NCBI GenBank assembly: GCA_027064305.1
Contig: JAMOPY010000015.1
Location: forward strand, 1-55,942
From: Methanobacteriota archaeon
GTDB taxonomy: Archaea; JAADCQ01; Methanopyri; Methanopyrales; Methanopyraceae
Length of the DNA stretch: 55,942 bases
Reading direction: 5' to 3'
Notes under the pieces: generated by a model
Databases searched by the model: none
What the model was told of the DNA's origin: nothing
The model's input: only the letters and a program-made list of their open reading frames with translations
Translations under genes and position numbers: made by a program
In this document: positions 19,213 through 29,022 of the stretch, piece after piece
Layout of the letters: each line of letters opens with the position of its first letter
How positions within the stretch are numbered: position 1 is the first letter of the stretch

Positions 19213-19268
19213 GAGATGGGGAGAACCCCGGTCTCTGAGCGGTGATGAAGGATTGGCGTGCCGACGGG
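19213..19268 (+). ncRNA. C/D box sRNA candidate
   Basis: ATGGGGA-GAACCCCGGTCT-CTGA-gcg-GTGATGA-AGGATTGGCGTG-CCGA; two 12-nt guides. Confidence 0.7.
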
Positions 19269-19269
19269 T

Positions 19270-20292
19270 TCACGGGGTGATGAGGCCGAGCTGCCGGGCG
19301 CGTTTGAGGAGGGTTTTGAGGGGTGGGTCCCGGGGTTCGAGCCGGAGTGGATCGTCGAGGTCGTGCTCTTCCCGGAGCCATTCGAGGGCGCGCTGGGCGG
19401 ATCGGTGGGTCTCGCGGTCCCAGGCCCAGGGTAGTGGGATGAGGATGGGATAGGCGGTCCGGCCGTCGTGGAGGACGATGGCGGTGTCGTAGTGGTAACC
19501 GCAGTGGACGCCCTCCTCGGTGAGGAGGCGGTGGAGCTCGTCGTTGAGCCGGGCGGTGGTGAGGACGCCGTCGGGGTCCGGGGTCTTGCGGAGGTAGTCG
19601 CGGACGCCGCAGCCGCTCTCGTTCTTCCACCATTCGAAGCGGGGGAAGTGGAGGTCGGCCTCGCGCAGGGCGGCGACGATGTGACCCTTGTCGAGCTTGA
19701 GGTCGAGGAGCGGGCGGTACTCGAGGGCCGTGGGGTGCCGGGTGGTGGGCGGCATCTGGGCGCGGTGTGGGGCCTCGCCGTAGTTGGCGCCGCCGAGGAT
19801 GAGGGAGCCGGGAAAGGCGTGGGCGGCGGCCTCGAAGCGGAGCTTGCCGCACTGTTGGCAGAGGTCGCGTTTGGCGTTGTGGGGCGGTGGTGGGACCTGG
19901 AGGTGGTAGAAGCTGACGGGGGTCTCGTGGTGTTGGTCGAGGTGTCGGGCGACTAGGTGGGCGCGGGCGTGGACGAGGGCGCGGGGCATGCCGGGGAAGA
20001 AGCCGACGGTGTAGAGGATGAGCTCGACGCCGTACTCCTCGCAGGCGCGGGCGGCGGCGACGGCCAGGACGGCGCTGTCCATGCCCTCGAGGGCGACGCA
20101 GACGCGGTTGGGCTCGGTGCGGTGGAGGGTGCGGAGGATGGCCTGGGTGATGCGGTCGAGTAGGCCCCGTTCGTGGCGGTGGTGGGGGTAGACGGCGTCC
20201 CAGACGGGGGCCTCGTGGGTGGGTGGGGCCTCCTTGACGGTCTGGAGGTCGCGTTTGGGGGGTTGGATCTCGTGGATTTCGATGCGGTCCAG
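19270..20292 (-). CDS. Divergent PP-loop-like protein, probable CTG start
   Basis: Frame extends 70 codons beyond the track's ATG; VCVALEGMDSAVLA is a degenerate PP-loop; CQQC, ILGGAN, YRPLL, GC. Confidence 0.6.
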   Translation of the reverse strand: MDRIEIHEIQPPKRDLQTVKEAPPTHEAPVWDAVYPHHRHERGLLDRITQAILRTLHRTEPNRVCVALEGMDSAVLAVAAARACEEYGVELILYTVGFFPGMPRALVHARAHLVARHLDQHHETPVSFYHLQVPPPPHNAKRDLCQQCGKLRFEAAAHAFPGSLILGGANYGEAPHRAQMPPTTRHPTALEYRPLLDLKLDKGHIVAALREADLHFPRFEWWKNESGCGVRDYLRKTPDPDGVLTTARLNDELHRLLTEEGVHCGYHYDTAIVLHDGRTAYPILIPLPWAWDRETHRSAQRALEWLREEHDLDDPLRLEPRDPPLKTLLKRARQLGLITP

Positions 20293-20331
20293 GGAGTTCT
20301 CGCCCCCTGCGGAGGTTATTTGGGTGGGGGC

Positions 20332-20447
20332 CCCTGTGCCCGGGCGTCGGCGCGCGCGTCATCCCACCTGGGTGGTCGGCCGTGGGTGTCCCGGGCGTTG
20401 GGCCGGGCCCTCATCGGCGGCCCGGTAGGCTTCCGTCGGGCCCGGGT
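20332..20447 (-). ncRNA. K-turn-containing H/ACA-like sRNA candidate (two hairpins)
   Basis: Hairpin CCGGGCCC-GA...ATGA-GGGCCCGG, then GCCCGGG...CCGA-CCACC/GGTGG-GATGA...CCCGGGC-ACA. Confidence 0.5.
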
Positions 20448-20471
20448 CGCGGCGTTTGGGGGCCGGCGTGC

Positions 20472-21179
20472 ATGGCCTTGTTGGAGGTTAAAGACCTGAG
20501 GGTGAGCGTGGGTGAGGAGGTGATCGTGCGGGACGCGTCGTTGCGGGTGGAGTCGGGGGAGATCGTGGACCTCGTGGGGCCGAACGGGTCGGGGAAGAGC
20601 ACGCTGGCGCGGGCGATCATGGGCAGTGAGGGGTACGAGGTGGAAGGGGAGATTCGGTTCAAGGGGGAGGAGATCTCGGACCTGCCGATGCACGAGCGGG
20701 CGCGGCGGGGGTTGACGCTGTGCTGGCAGGAGCCGGCGCGGTTTGATGGGCTGACGGTGGGGGAGTACGTGATGGCCGGGTGCGAGGAGGAGGAGTGGGC
20801 GCGGCGGTGCCTGAGGATGGTGGGGTTGGATCCGGACGAGTACTGGGAGCGGGAGTGCGGGGAGGGGTTGAGCGGGGGTGAGCGGAAGCGGGTGGAGTTG
20901 GCGGCGGTGATGGCGATGCGGCCGGAGTTGGTGATCCTGGACGAGCCGGACGCGGGGTTGGACATGTCCTCGTTGGAGGACTTGGCGCGGTTGATCGAGT
21001 GGATGCGGGAGCAGGGGTCGTCGGTGCTGTTGATCACGCACAGTCGGGATCTGGCGGAGGAGGTGGGGGATCGGGCGTACCTGATGCTGGACGGTCGGAT
21101 CGTGGAGGAGGGTGATCCGGAGGAGATCGTGTACAAGTGTCGGATCTGCGGGGGCGATCTGGTGTGCGGGGCGGAGTGA
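20472..21179 (+). CDS. sufC: Fe-S assembly ABC ATPase, SufC/SmsC type
   Basis: GPNGSGKST, ERARRG, LSGGERKR, ILDEPDAGLD; C-terminal CRICGGDLVC. Confidence 0.9.
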   Translation: MALLEVKDLRVSVGEEVIVRDASLRVESGEIVDLVGPNGSGKSTLARAIMGSEGYEVEGEIRFKGEEISDLPMHERARRGLTLCWQEPARFDGLTVGEYVMAGCEEEEWARRCLRMVGLDPDEYWERECGEGLSGGERKRVELAAVMAMRPELVILDEPDAGLDMSSLEDLARLIEWMREQGSSVLLITHSRDLAEEVGDRAYLMLDGRIVEEGDPEEIVYKCRICGGDLVCGAE

Positions 21180-22087
21180 GCGAGGAGGAGGTGTTCGGCC
21201 CGGCCGGTTACCACGCGGATCCGGACGCGCCGCGGGTGGTGGTGCTGGAGAATCGGGTGGTGAACGTGCGGGAGCGGGAGGGGCTGGTGATCGAGGCGGA
21301 GGAGCGGGAGGACGGCGTGCGAGCGGAGCTGGTGGTGAGGGAGGGGGTGCGGTTGGAGGAGCCGGTGCACTTCTGCGTGGGGGTACCGTGGGAGGAGGGG
21401 GTGCAGCGGATCGAAACGCGGGTGGTGGTGGAGTCGGGGGCGCGGGTCACGCTGTTGTCGCACTGTTCGTTCCCGCGGGCGGAGGACGTGCTGCACGAGA
21501 TGGTGGCGGAGTTCGTGGTGGAGGATGGCGCGGAGTTGGAGGTGCGGGACGTGCACTATCACGGGGAGCGGGGCGTGCGGTTGCGGGCGGAGTACGAGCT
21601 GGAGGTGGGCGAGGGGGGCCGGTTGTCGAGCGAGTTTCGGTTGACGCGGGGTCGGGTGGGTGAGTTGGAGTGGGTGTCGCGGGGTGTGGTGCGTCGGGAG
21701 GGTTCGTTGGAGAGCGTGGTGCGGGTGATGGCGAGGGGAGAGGACGTGGTGGACGTGGAGGAGAGCGTGCGGTTGGTGGGTGAGGACGCGGGGGCGGTGT
21801 TGGACTCGCGGTCGGCGGCGATCGATGGGGCTCGGGTACGGTTCGTTGGTGAGATCTCGGGGGAGGCGCCGGGGGCGCGGGGCCACGTGGAGTGCTCGGA
21901 GATCATTCGAGGGGACGGTCGGGTGGAGAGCGTGCCGAAGCTTCGGGTGGTGGATCCGGACGCGCGTCTGACGCACGAGGCGGCGTTGGGCACGCTCGAG
22001 CGCCGGGAGATCGAGGCGCTCATGTCTCGGGGCCTGTCGGAGGAGGAGGCGGTCGAGCTGCTCGTGGAGGCGATGCTAAGGGGGTAG
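21176..22087 (+). CDS. sufB: Fe-S assembly scaffold, SufB/SufD (SmsB) type
   Basis: PVHFC, HCSFP, ARGHVEC, LTHEAALG, LMSRGLSEEEA; GTGA overlap with sufC. Confidence 0.9.
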   Translation: MSEEEVFGPAGYHADPDAPRVVVLENRVVNVREREGLVIEAEEREDGVRAELVVREGVRLEEPVHFCVGVPWEEGVQRIETRVVVESGARVTLLSHCSFPRAEDVLHEMVAEFVVEDGAELEVRDVHYHGERGVRLRAEYELEVGEGGRLSSEFRLTRGRVGELEWVSRGVVRREGSLESVVRVMARGEDVVDVEESVRLVGEDAGAVLDSRSAAIDGARVRFVGEISGEAPGARGHVECSEIIRGDGRVESVPKLRVVDPDARLTHEAALGTLERREIEALMSRGLSEEEAVELLVEAMLRG

Positions 22088-22092
22088 CCGGT

Positions 22093-22752
22093 TTGGCCGT
22101 GGAGGAGGGCGACTTCGTGAAAATCCACTACACGGGTCGCGTGAAGGAGACTGGCGAGGTAATCGACACGACGCGGGAGGAGGTAGCGGAGGAGCACGAC
22201 CTGGACGTGCGGCCCGGTCCGGTGGTGGTCGTGGTGGGCGCGGGGATGGTGTGGGAGCCGGTGGAGGAGGAGTTGAAGGGTCGGAAGCCCGGGGACTCGT
22301 TCGAGGTGGAGGTGCCGCCGGAAAAGGCGTTCGGCGAGCGGGACGCGTCGTTGGTGCGAACGTATCGTCGGTCGGAGGTGCGGGGTGAGGTGCGGCCGGG
22401 CGGTACGGTGGTGACGCCGGAGGGTCGTCGCGGCCGGGTGGTGAGCGTGGACGGTGGCCGGGTGCGGGTGGATCTGAACCATCCGCTGGCGGGGAGGACG
22501 CTGGTATACGAGGTGGAGGTGATAGGCGTGCTCGAGGACGTGGTGGAGCGCGCGGAGGGGTTGTTGGGGACGTTGGCGCCCGATGTGGACGCGGAGGTGG
22601 AGTGGGACGGTGAGGGGACGCTGCGGGTGCGGGTGGAGGGTGAGGATGCGGTGCGTGGTGACTGGGTGGGTGCGAAGCGGCGGTTCGCGGAGTTGATGCG
22701 GGAGTACGATGAGCGGGTGGAGGAGGTGGTCGTGGAGGAGGTGTTCAAATAA
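22093..22752 (+). CDS. FKBP-type peptidyl-prolyl isomerase (long archaeal type)
   Basis: [34 protein letters not shown]. Confidence 0.9.
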   Translation: MAVEEGDFVKIHYTGRVKETGEVIDTTREEVAEEHDLDVRPGPVVVVVGAGMVWEPVEEELKGRKPGDSFEVEVPPEKAFGERDASLVRTYRRSEVRGEVRPGGTVVTPEGRRGRVVSVDGGRVRVDLNHPLAGRTLVYEVEVIGVLEDVVERAEGLLGTLAPDVDAEVEWDGEGTLRVRVEGEDAVRGDWVGAKRRFAELMREYDERVEEVVVEEVFK

Positions 22753-23803
22753 CGCCGGTCTCGCGGGCGGCGCGCTCGGCGGCCTCGGGGGTGAGGCCGC
22801 GGTCGCCGAGGATGGTGTAGCGTTCGGGGCGGATCTCGTGGGCGGTGCAGAGGGCCTCGATGAGCTCGTCCTCGCTGACGCCGAGCTCCTCGGCGGTGGT
22901 GGGGGCGCCGGCTCGCCGTAGGGTGTCGCGGATGCGGCGCCAGTCGCCGCCGTGTAGGTACTCCATGATGATGGTGCCGACGCCGCACTGCTCGCCGTGG
23001 AGGGCGGGGCGGTCGGCGACGACATCGAGGGCGTGGCTGAAGAGGTGCTCGGAGCCGCTGCAGGGGCGGGAGGAGCCGGCGATGCTCATGGCGACGCCGC
23101 CGCTGATGAGGGCCTGGACGAGCTTCTTGATGCCCTCGGGCAGGAGCTGGCCGATGGGCTTGGCGTTCCTCATGACGATCTTGGCGGCCATGAGGGAGAG
23201 GCTGGAGGCGTACTCGCTGTAGGGCTCGTTGCGGAGGCGGTGGGCGAGGCGCCAGTCCTTGACGGCGGTGACGTTGGAGACGACGTCGCCGACGCCGGCG
23301 CGGATGAGTCGGTCTGGGGCCTCGCGGATCACGTCGATGTCGGCGAGGATGGCGAGGGGGGCCTGGGCGGGCTCGGAGTAGGGTCGGTCCTCGCGGCGGA
23401 TGGAGGCGAAGGGGGAGGCGATGCCGTCGTGGGAGGCGGAGGTGGGGACGCTGATGAAGGGGATGCGCAGCCGGTGCGAGGCGACCTTGGTCACGTCGAT
23501 GACCTTGCCGCCGCCGACGGCGATCGCGACGTCGGCCCGCGCGTCCCGAAGCTCCTCCAAAGCCTTTTTCACGTCCTCCTCGGTGGATCCCCGGACGATC
23601 ACGAGGGCGGTCTCGTACCCGGCCTCCTGCAGGTGCTCCTCGACGTCTCGGCCCGCCACCTTCCTCGTGGTGGGGCCCGTGAGGACGGCGGCCGTGCCCT
23701 CGGGGATGCCGACGCTGCGCAGGAGGTCGGGGGCGTCGGGTAGGACGCCGGTTCCCACGAGGACCTCGCGCGGGAGCTGCATTCTCTTCTTCGGGATCTT
23801 CAC
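22745..23803 (-). CDS. egsA: sn-glycerol-1-phosphate dehydrogenase
   Basis: [51 protein letters not shown]; start approximate. Confidence 0.93.
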   Translation of the reverse strand: MKIPKKRMQLPREVLVGTGVLPDAPDLLRSVGIPEGTAAVLTGPTTRKVAGRDVEEHLQEAGYETALVIVRGSTEEDVKKALEELRDARADVAIAVGGGKVIDVTKVASHRLRIPFISVPTSASHDGIASPFASIRREDRPYSEPAQAPLAILADIDVIREAPDRLIRAGVGDVVSNVTAVKDWRLAHRLRNEPYSEYASSLSLMAAKIVMRNAKPIGQLLPEGIKKLVQALISGGVAMSIAGSSRPCSGSEHLFSHALDVVADRPALHGEQCGVGTIIMEYLHGGDWRRIRDTLRRAGAPTTAEELGVSEDELIEALCTAHEIRPERYTILGDRGLTPEAAERAARETGVI

Positions 23804-23830
23804 GGTCACCGGCCCCGGTGGGGTGATCGG

Positions 23831-25234
23831 TTGGAGTTCTCGGAGTGGTACGCGGAGGTGTTGAGGAGCGCGGAGGTCATGGACGTGCGGTACCCGGTTA
23901 AAGGCCTGTACGTGTGGCTGCCGTACGGGTTCGAGATCCGGCGTCGGGTGATCGAGCGGCTGCGGAGGCGGCTGCGGGAGACGGGGCACCGGGAGGTTCT
24001 GTTCCCGACGCTGATACCGGAGACGCAGTTGGAGCGGGAGTCGGAGCACATCGCGGGGTTCGAGGACGAGGTGTTCTGGGTGACGCACGGGGGGCTGAAG
24101 GAGCTGGACGAGAAGCTGGCGCTGCGGCCGACGAGCGAGACGGCGATCTACCCGATGTTCGCGCTGTGGATCCGGTCGCACGCGGACCTGCCGTTGAAGG
24201 TGTTCCAGATCGTGAACACGTTCCGGTACGAGACGAAGCACACGCGGCCGCTGATCCGGATGCGGGAGATCACGACGTTCAAGGAGGCGCACACGGCGCA
24301 CGCGACGCGGGAGGAGGCGGAGGAGCAGGTGCGGGAGGCGTTCGAGCTCTACTCGTCGTTCTTCGAGGAGCTGGGCGTCCCGTACGTGGCCTCGGTGCGG
24401 CCGGAGTGGGACAAGTTCCCGGGCGCGGAGTACACGGTGGCGTTCGACACGCTGATGCCGGACGGGCGGGCGCTGCAGATCGGGACGATCCACATGCTGG
24501 GGCAGAACTTCTCGCGGACGTTCGAGGTGACCTTCGAGACGGAGGAGGGGGAGCAAGAGTACGCGTACATGACCTGCTACGGCGTCTCGGACCGCGTGGT
24601 GGCCTCGGTGATCGCGATCCACGGGGACGAGCACGGGCTCGTGCTGCCGCCGGACGTGGCCCCGTACCAGGTGGTGATCGTGCCGATCCTGAAGAAGGGC
24701 GTGCGGAAGAAGATCCTGCGAAAGGCCCGGGAGGTGCGGGAAGAGCTCTCCGAGGTGGCGCGGGTCAAGCTCGACGACCGGGACGTGAGTCCGGGACGAA
24801 AGTTCCATTACTGGGAGCTGAAGGGTGTACCACTGCGGGTGGAGCTCGGGGCGCGCGAGTTAGAGGAGGGGACGGCGGTCGTCTTCCGGCGGGATGAGTT
24901 GGAGCGGGAGACGTACTCGCTCTCGGAGCTGCCGGACGTGGTGCCGCGGCTGCTGGAGGAGGTGCAGGAGAACCTGCGTCGGCGCGCCTGGGAGCGCTTT
25001 GAGGAGCGCCTGCACCGGGCCGAGTCGTTGGAGGAGGTGCGCGAGTTCGTCGGGGAGGGGATCGTGGAGACGGGTTGGTGCGGGTCCGAGGAGTGCGGTC
25101 GCCGGTTGGAGGAGGAGGTGGAGGGGGACGTGCTCGGGACGCCCTACCCGGAGGAGCGGGAGCCCGAGGTTGAGCGGTGCCCCGTGTGCGGGGAGCCCGC
25201 CGAGCGCACGATCCGGGTGGCCAAGACGTACTGA
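23831..25234 (+). CDS. proS: Proline-tRNA ligase (archaeal type)
   Basis: [35 protein letters not shown]-terminal Zn Cys residues and AKTY. Confidence 0.96.
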   Translation: MEFSEWYAEVLRSAEVMDVRYPVKGLYVWLPYGFEIRRRVIERLRRRLRETGHREVLFPTLIPETQLERESEHIAGFEDEVFWVTHGGLKELDEKLALRPTSETAIYPMFALWIRSHADLPLKVFQIVNTFRYETKHTRPLIRMREITTFKEAHTAHATREEAEEQVREAFELYSSFFEELGVPYVASVRPEWDKFPGAEYTVAFDTLMPDGRALQIGTIHMLGQNFSRTFEVTFETEEGEQEYAYMTCYGVSDRVVASVIAIHGDEHGLVLPPDVAPYQVVIVPILKKGVRKKILRKAREVREELSEVARVKLDDRDVSPGRKFHYWELKGVPLRVELGARELEEGTAVVFRRDELERETYSLSELPDVVPRLLEEVQENLRRRAWERFEERLHRAESLEEVREFVGEGIVETGWCGSEECGRRLEEEVEGDVLGTPYPEEREPEVERCPVCGEPAERTIRVAKTY

Positions 25235-25249
25235 GCCGGGGTGTGATCG

Positions 25250-25897
25250 TTGCAGCTGACGGACGTGATGCGTGAGCTGGATCAGCTGATGAAGGGCACG
25301 ACGACGGTGGGGATCAAGGCGAGGGACGCGGTGGTGCTCGCGGCGGATCGGCGCGCGGTGATGGGCAACCTGATCGCGGGCAAGGAGGTCCGGAAGATCT
25401 TCCGGGTGCACGACCGCGTGGGCGTGACCACGGCGGGCTCGGTCGCGGACGCCCAGAAGATCGTGGACCTGATGCGGGCGGAGGCGCGGCTGTACCGGCT
25501 GCGGCACGGGCGGGACATCAGCGCGCGGGCGATCGCGAACGTGACCTCCCACGTCCTGCACTCGAGTCTCAAGTCCTTCCGACCGTACCTGGTGCAGCTG
25601 ATCATAGGGGGGTTCAACCAGGAGGAGCCCGCCCTGTACAACCTGGACCCCAGCGGCTCGATCATCGAGGAGGACTACACGGCCACGGGCTCGGGCTCTC
25701 CCACGGCCTACGGCGTCCTGGAGGCCGAGTACGAGGAGGACATGGACCTGGAGGACGCGATCGAGGTGGCCGTGCGCGCCGTGCGCTCGGCCCTGGAGCG
25801 GGACACGGGCACGGGTGAGGGGGTGACCGTGGTCACGATCACGCGGGACGAGGGGTACCGGGAGCTGCCGGAGGAGGAGGTCGAGAGCTACCTGTAG
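25250..25897 (+). CDS. psmB: Proteasome beta subunit
   Basis: Propeptide then KG/TTTVG, AADRRA, GSGS, ERD. Confidence 0.95.
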   Translation: MQLTDVMRELDQLMKGTTTVGIKARDAVVLAADRRAVMGNLIAGKEVRKIFRVHDRVGVTTAGSVADAQKIVDLMRAEARLYRLRHGRDISARAIANVTSHVLHSSLKSFRPYLVQLIIGGFNQEEPALYNLDPSGSIIEEDYTATGSGSPTAYGVLEAEYEEDMDLEDAIEVAVRAVRSALERDTGTGEGVTVVTITRDEGYRELPEEEVESYL

Positions 25898-25949
25898 GCG
25901 CCCTCCGGCCCTCCCGGACGCCAACACCGGTGACGCCGGGGCGGCCACG

Positions 25950-27905
25950 TTGAACGAGGCGAGTGGCAGGAAATCTCTGAGCGAGGTGAAGAAGGAGATC
26001 AAAGAGAAGGTGGAGGAGGTCCTACCCTCGGACATCGTCGTGACCGACGTGGACCTGGAGGGACCGGAGGTCGTCATCTACACGAACTCGCCGCACTCCT
26101 TCGTCAAGAACGACTCCGACCTCATCACCCGGCTGGCCAAGGCCCTGCGGAAGCGCGTGAAGATCCGGCCCAACCCCAGCGCCCTCTCCCCCGCCAAGGA
26201 CGCGAAGAAGGTCATCCTGGACATCATCCCGGAGGACGCCGGCGTCAGCGAGCGGGACCTGATCTTCCTGGACACGGGCGAGGTCGTCATCTTCGCCAAG
26301 AAGCCGGGCCTGGTCATCGGCAAGCGCGGCAAGAACGTGCACCGGATCTCCCGAGACACGGGCTGGGTTCCCAAGATCTACCGGAAACCGCCCATCCCCT
26401 CCAAGACGGTCAACACGACCCGCCGGCTCATCCTCTCCGACGACTCCCGCCGCCGGTTCCTTAAGAATGTCAGCGAGCGCATCTTCTGCGGGCGCACGCG
26501 CAGCCGCGGCAGCGAGTCCCGCTGGGCCCGCGTCAGCGCGCTCGGCGGGTTCCAGGAGGTCGGCCGTTCCGCCCTCTTCCTGCACACCGAGGAGAGCCGC
26601 GTGCTCCTGGACTGCGGCGTGAACGTGGCCGCCAACGGTCGGGACGCGTACCCGCACTTCAACGTCCCGGAGTTCCGCATGGACGATCTGGACGCGATCG
26701 TGATCACGCACGCGCACCTGGACCACTGCGGCTTCCTCCCGTACTTCTACCGGCACGAGGTCATCGAGAGCCGCGTACCCGTCTACTGCACGCCCCCGAC
26801 CCGCGACCTGATGTACCTGCTCCTCCTCGACTACATCAAGGTCACCGAGAAGCGCGGTCAGGAGCCCCCGTACACGGAGAAGGACGTCAAGAAGGTGATC
26901 AAGCGCACGATCACCCTCGACTACCGCGAGCCCACCGACATCACCCCGGACATCAGCATCACCTTCTACAACGCCGGCCACATCCTCGGCTCCGCCTCCG
27001 TGCACGTGTTCCTCCAGGACAAGGGTTTCAACTTCGTGTACACGGGCGACATCAACCCCACCCCTTCCCGACTCCTCGAGGGCGCGGACAACCAGTTCAA
27101 GCGCGTGGACTGCATGGTCATCGAGGCGACCTACGGGGACTCCCGGCACGGCAGCCGACGCAAGGAGGAGGCCCGCTTCCGGAAGATCGTGCGCGACACC
27201 GTCCGCAAGGGCGGGAAGGTCCTCATCCCCTCCTTCGCCGTCGGGCGCGCCCAGGAGGTCATGCTCGTCCTCGAGGACATGTACCGCAAGGGCGAGCTCG
27301 AGTGCCCCGTGTACCTGGACGGCATGATCTACGAGGCGACCGCCATCCACTCCACCTACCCAGAGTACCTGAACAAGCGCCTCCAGCACCGCATCCTCCA
27401 CGAGGACGACGACCCGTTCACCTCCGAGGTGTTCCGTCCCGTCGAGGGCTCCGACCACCGGCGCGCGATCATCGAGGACGACGACCCGGCCGTCGTCCTC
27501 TCCACCTCCGGCATGCTCGAGGGCGGCCCCATCCTCGAATACCTCAAGGAGCTCTCAGAGGACCCGAAGAACACGCTCGTGTTCGTCGGTTACCAGGCCG
27601 AGGGCACCCTGGGCCGGCAGATCCAGGAGGGGTACCAGGAGGTCCCCCTGCCGACCCCGGAGGGCAAGACCGAGACGCTCCGGATCAAGCTCCGCGTCGA
27701 GACCGTGAGCGGGTTCAGCGGGCACGGGGACAAGATCGAGCTGACCAAGTACGTCCGCACGATCAAGCCCGCGCCCCCGTCGAAGATCTATACTAACCAC
27801 GGGGAGCCCAAGGCCTGCAAGCACCTGTCGAACCACCTGCGCCGCACGTTCCGCAAGGTCTTCTCCATGGCCCCGGAGAACCTCGAGTGCTTCCGGCTGA
27901 CGTGA
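25950..27905 (+). CDS. fttA: aCPSF1/FttA beta-CASP ribonuclease (transcription termination factor)
   Basis: KH region KPGLVIGK, GGFQEVGRS, THAHLDH, AGHILGS, FSGH, NHGE. Confidence 0.93.
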   Translation: MNEASGRKSLSEVKKEIKEKVEEVLPSDIVVTDVDLEGPEVVIYTNSPHSFVKNDSDLITRLAKALRKRVKIRPNPSALSPAKDAKKVILDIIPEDAGVSERDLIFLDTGEVVIFAKKPGLVIGKRGKNVHRISRDTGWVPKIYRKPPIPSKTVNTTRRLILSDDSRRRFLKNVSERIFCGRTRSRGSESRWARVSALGGFQEVGRSALFLHTEESRVLLDCGVNVAANGRDAYPHFNVPEFRMDDLDAIVITHAHLDHCGFLPYFYRHEVIESRVPVYCTPPTRDLMYLLLLDYIKVTEKRGQEPPYTEKDVKKVIKRTITLDYREPTDITPDISITFYNAGHILGSASVHVFLQDKGFNFVYTGDINPTPSRLLEGADNQFKRVDCMVIEATYGDSRHGSRRKEEARFRKIVRDTVRKGGKVLIPSFAVGRAQEVMLVLEDMYRKGELECPVYLDGMIYEATAIHSTYPEYLNKRLQHRILHEDDDPFTSEVFRPVEGSDHRRAIIEDDDPAVVLSTSGMLEGGPILEYLKELSEDPKNTLVFVGYQAEGTLGRQIQEGYQEVPLPTPEGKTETLRIKLRVETVSGFSGHGDKIELTKYVRTIKPAPPSKIYTNHGEPKACKHLSNHLRRTFRKVFSMAPENLECFRLT

Positions 27906-27917
27906 GGGGGAGGGCCC

Positions 27918-28958
27918 GTGAGCGAGCGGATGACGTACAAGGACGCGGGCGTGGACCTCGACCGGGAGGCCCGCGCCGTCCGGGCGATCCGAGAGGTCCT
28001 GGAGCGGTACCGGATCGAGCCCGAGGGCGTCGAGGAGGTCGAGGGGATCGGGCACTACGCCGCGGTCCTGCGCGTGCACGACCGGCTCCTGACGCTCAAC
28101 GTGGACGGGGTCGGCTCGAAGGTCCTCGTCGCCCAGCTCGCGGACCGGTACGACACCGTGGGCATCGACGCGATCGCGATGAACGCGAACGACGCGGTGT
28201 GCCTGGGCGCGCGCCCCATCGCCTTCCTCGATTACCTGGCCATGGAGGACCCGGACCCGGACGTGTGCCGGGAGATCGCCGAGGGGCTGGCCAAGGGGGC
28301 CCGGGAGGCCGGCGCCCCGGTCGTGGGGGGCGAGCTCGCCACCCTGCCCGAGATCGTGCGGGGCGAGCGGGAGGGCCGTGGGTTCGACCTGGTCGTGGCC
28401 TGCCTGGGCCTGCTGGAGGGCGAGCCGATCACGGGCGAGGAGGTCGAGCCGGGCGACGCGATCGTCGGTCTCCGCAGCTCGGGGATCCACAGCAACGGGC
28501 TCACCCTGGCCCGGAAGGTCCTGCTCCGGGAGTACGGGCCGGACGACGAGCTGCCGCACGGTCGGACGGTCGCGGAGGAGCTGCTCGAACCGACGCGGAT
28601 CTACGTGCGGCCGGTCCTGAGGGTGCTGGAGGAGTTCGAGGTGCACGGGATCGCGCACATCACGGGCGGTGGGTTCGAGAACCTGAAGCGGCTGCGGGGG
28701 GACGTGCGGTACGTCATCGACGACCCGCTGGAGCCCCAGCCGATTTTCGAGGTCATCCGGGAGCTGGGGAACGTGCCGCTGGAGGAGATGTACCGGACGT
28801 TCAACATGGGGATGGGCATGGCGCTCGTGGTCCCGGAGGAGGTGGCGGAGGACGTGGTGGACGCGGTCTCGGGTGAGGTGGAGGCGAAGGTGGTGGGCCG
28901 CGTGGAGGAGGGTGAGGGCGTGGTCGTGGAGACGGATGAGGGGGAGGTGCGGCTGTAG
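27918..28958 (+). CDS. purM: Phosphoribosylformylglycinamidine cyclo-ligase
   Basis: TYKDAGVD, DGVGSK, GGELA, SSGIHSNG, AHITGGG, TFNMG. Confidence 0.95.
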   Translation: MSERMTYKDAGVDLDREARAVRAIREVLERYRIEPEGVEEVEGIGHYAAVLRVHDRLLTLNVDGVGSKVLVAQLADRYDTVGIDAIAMNANDAVCLGARPIAFLDYLAMEDPDPDVCREIAEGLAKGAREAGAPVVGGELATLPEIVRGEREGRGFDLVVACLGLLEGEPITGEEVEPGDAIVGLRSSGIHSNGLTLARKVLLREYGPDDELPHGRTVAEELLEPTRIYVRPVLRVLEEFEVHGIAHITGGGFENLKRLRGDVRYVIDDPLEPQPIFEVIRELGNVPLEEMYRTFNMGMGMALVVPEEVAEDVVDAVSGEVEAKVVGRVEEGEGVVVETDEGEVRL

Positions 28959-28972
28959 CCCGCCCCGCGGGA

Positions 28973-28995
28973 ATCGTTACGAGAGTCGTAACGAT
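28973..28995. repeat. Dispersed intergenic palindrome, copy 4 (perfect)
   Basis: ATCGTTACG-AGAGT-CGTAACGAT followed by CGG, between the convergent purM and rpl32e stops. Confidence 0.85.
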
Positions 28996-29022
28996 CGGCC
29001 GCAAGAACGGGGCGTCGGGCGT

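Noticed and set aside
19029-19269. Canonical archaeal ORB elements at the skew switch
   Set aside because: No TTCCAGTGGAAAC-like sequence with a G-string and no adjacent orc1/cdc6 gene were seen
16200-22752. Horizontally acquired island suggested by odd codon usage
   Set aside because: The genes are core-type, GC content looks unchanged, and the bias is mirror-symmetric strand skew; no integrase or att site is present
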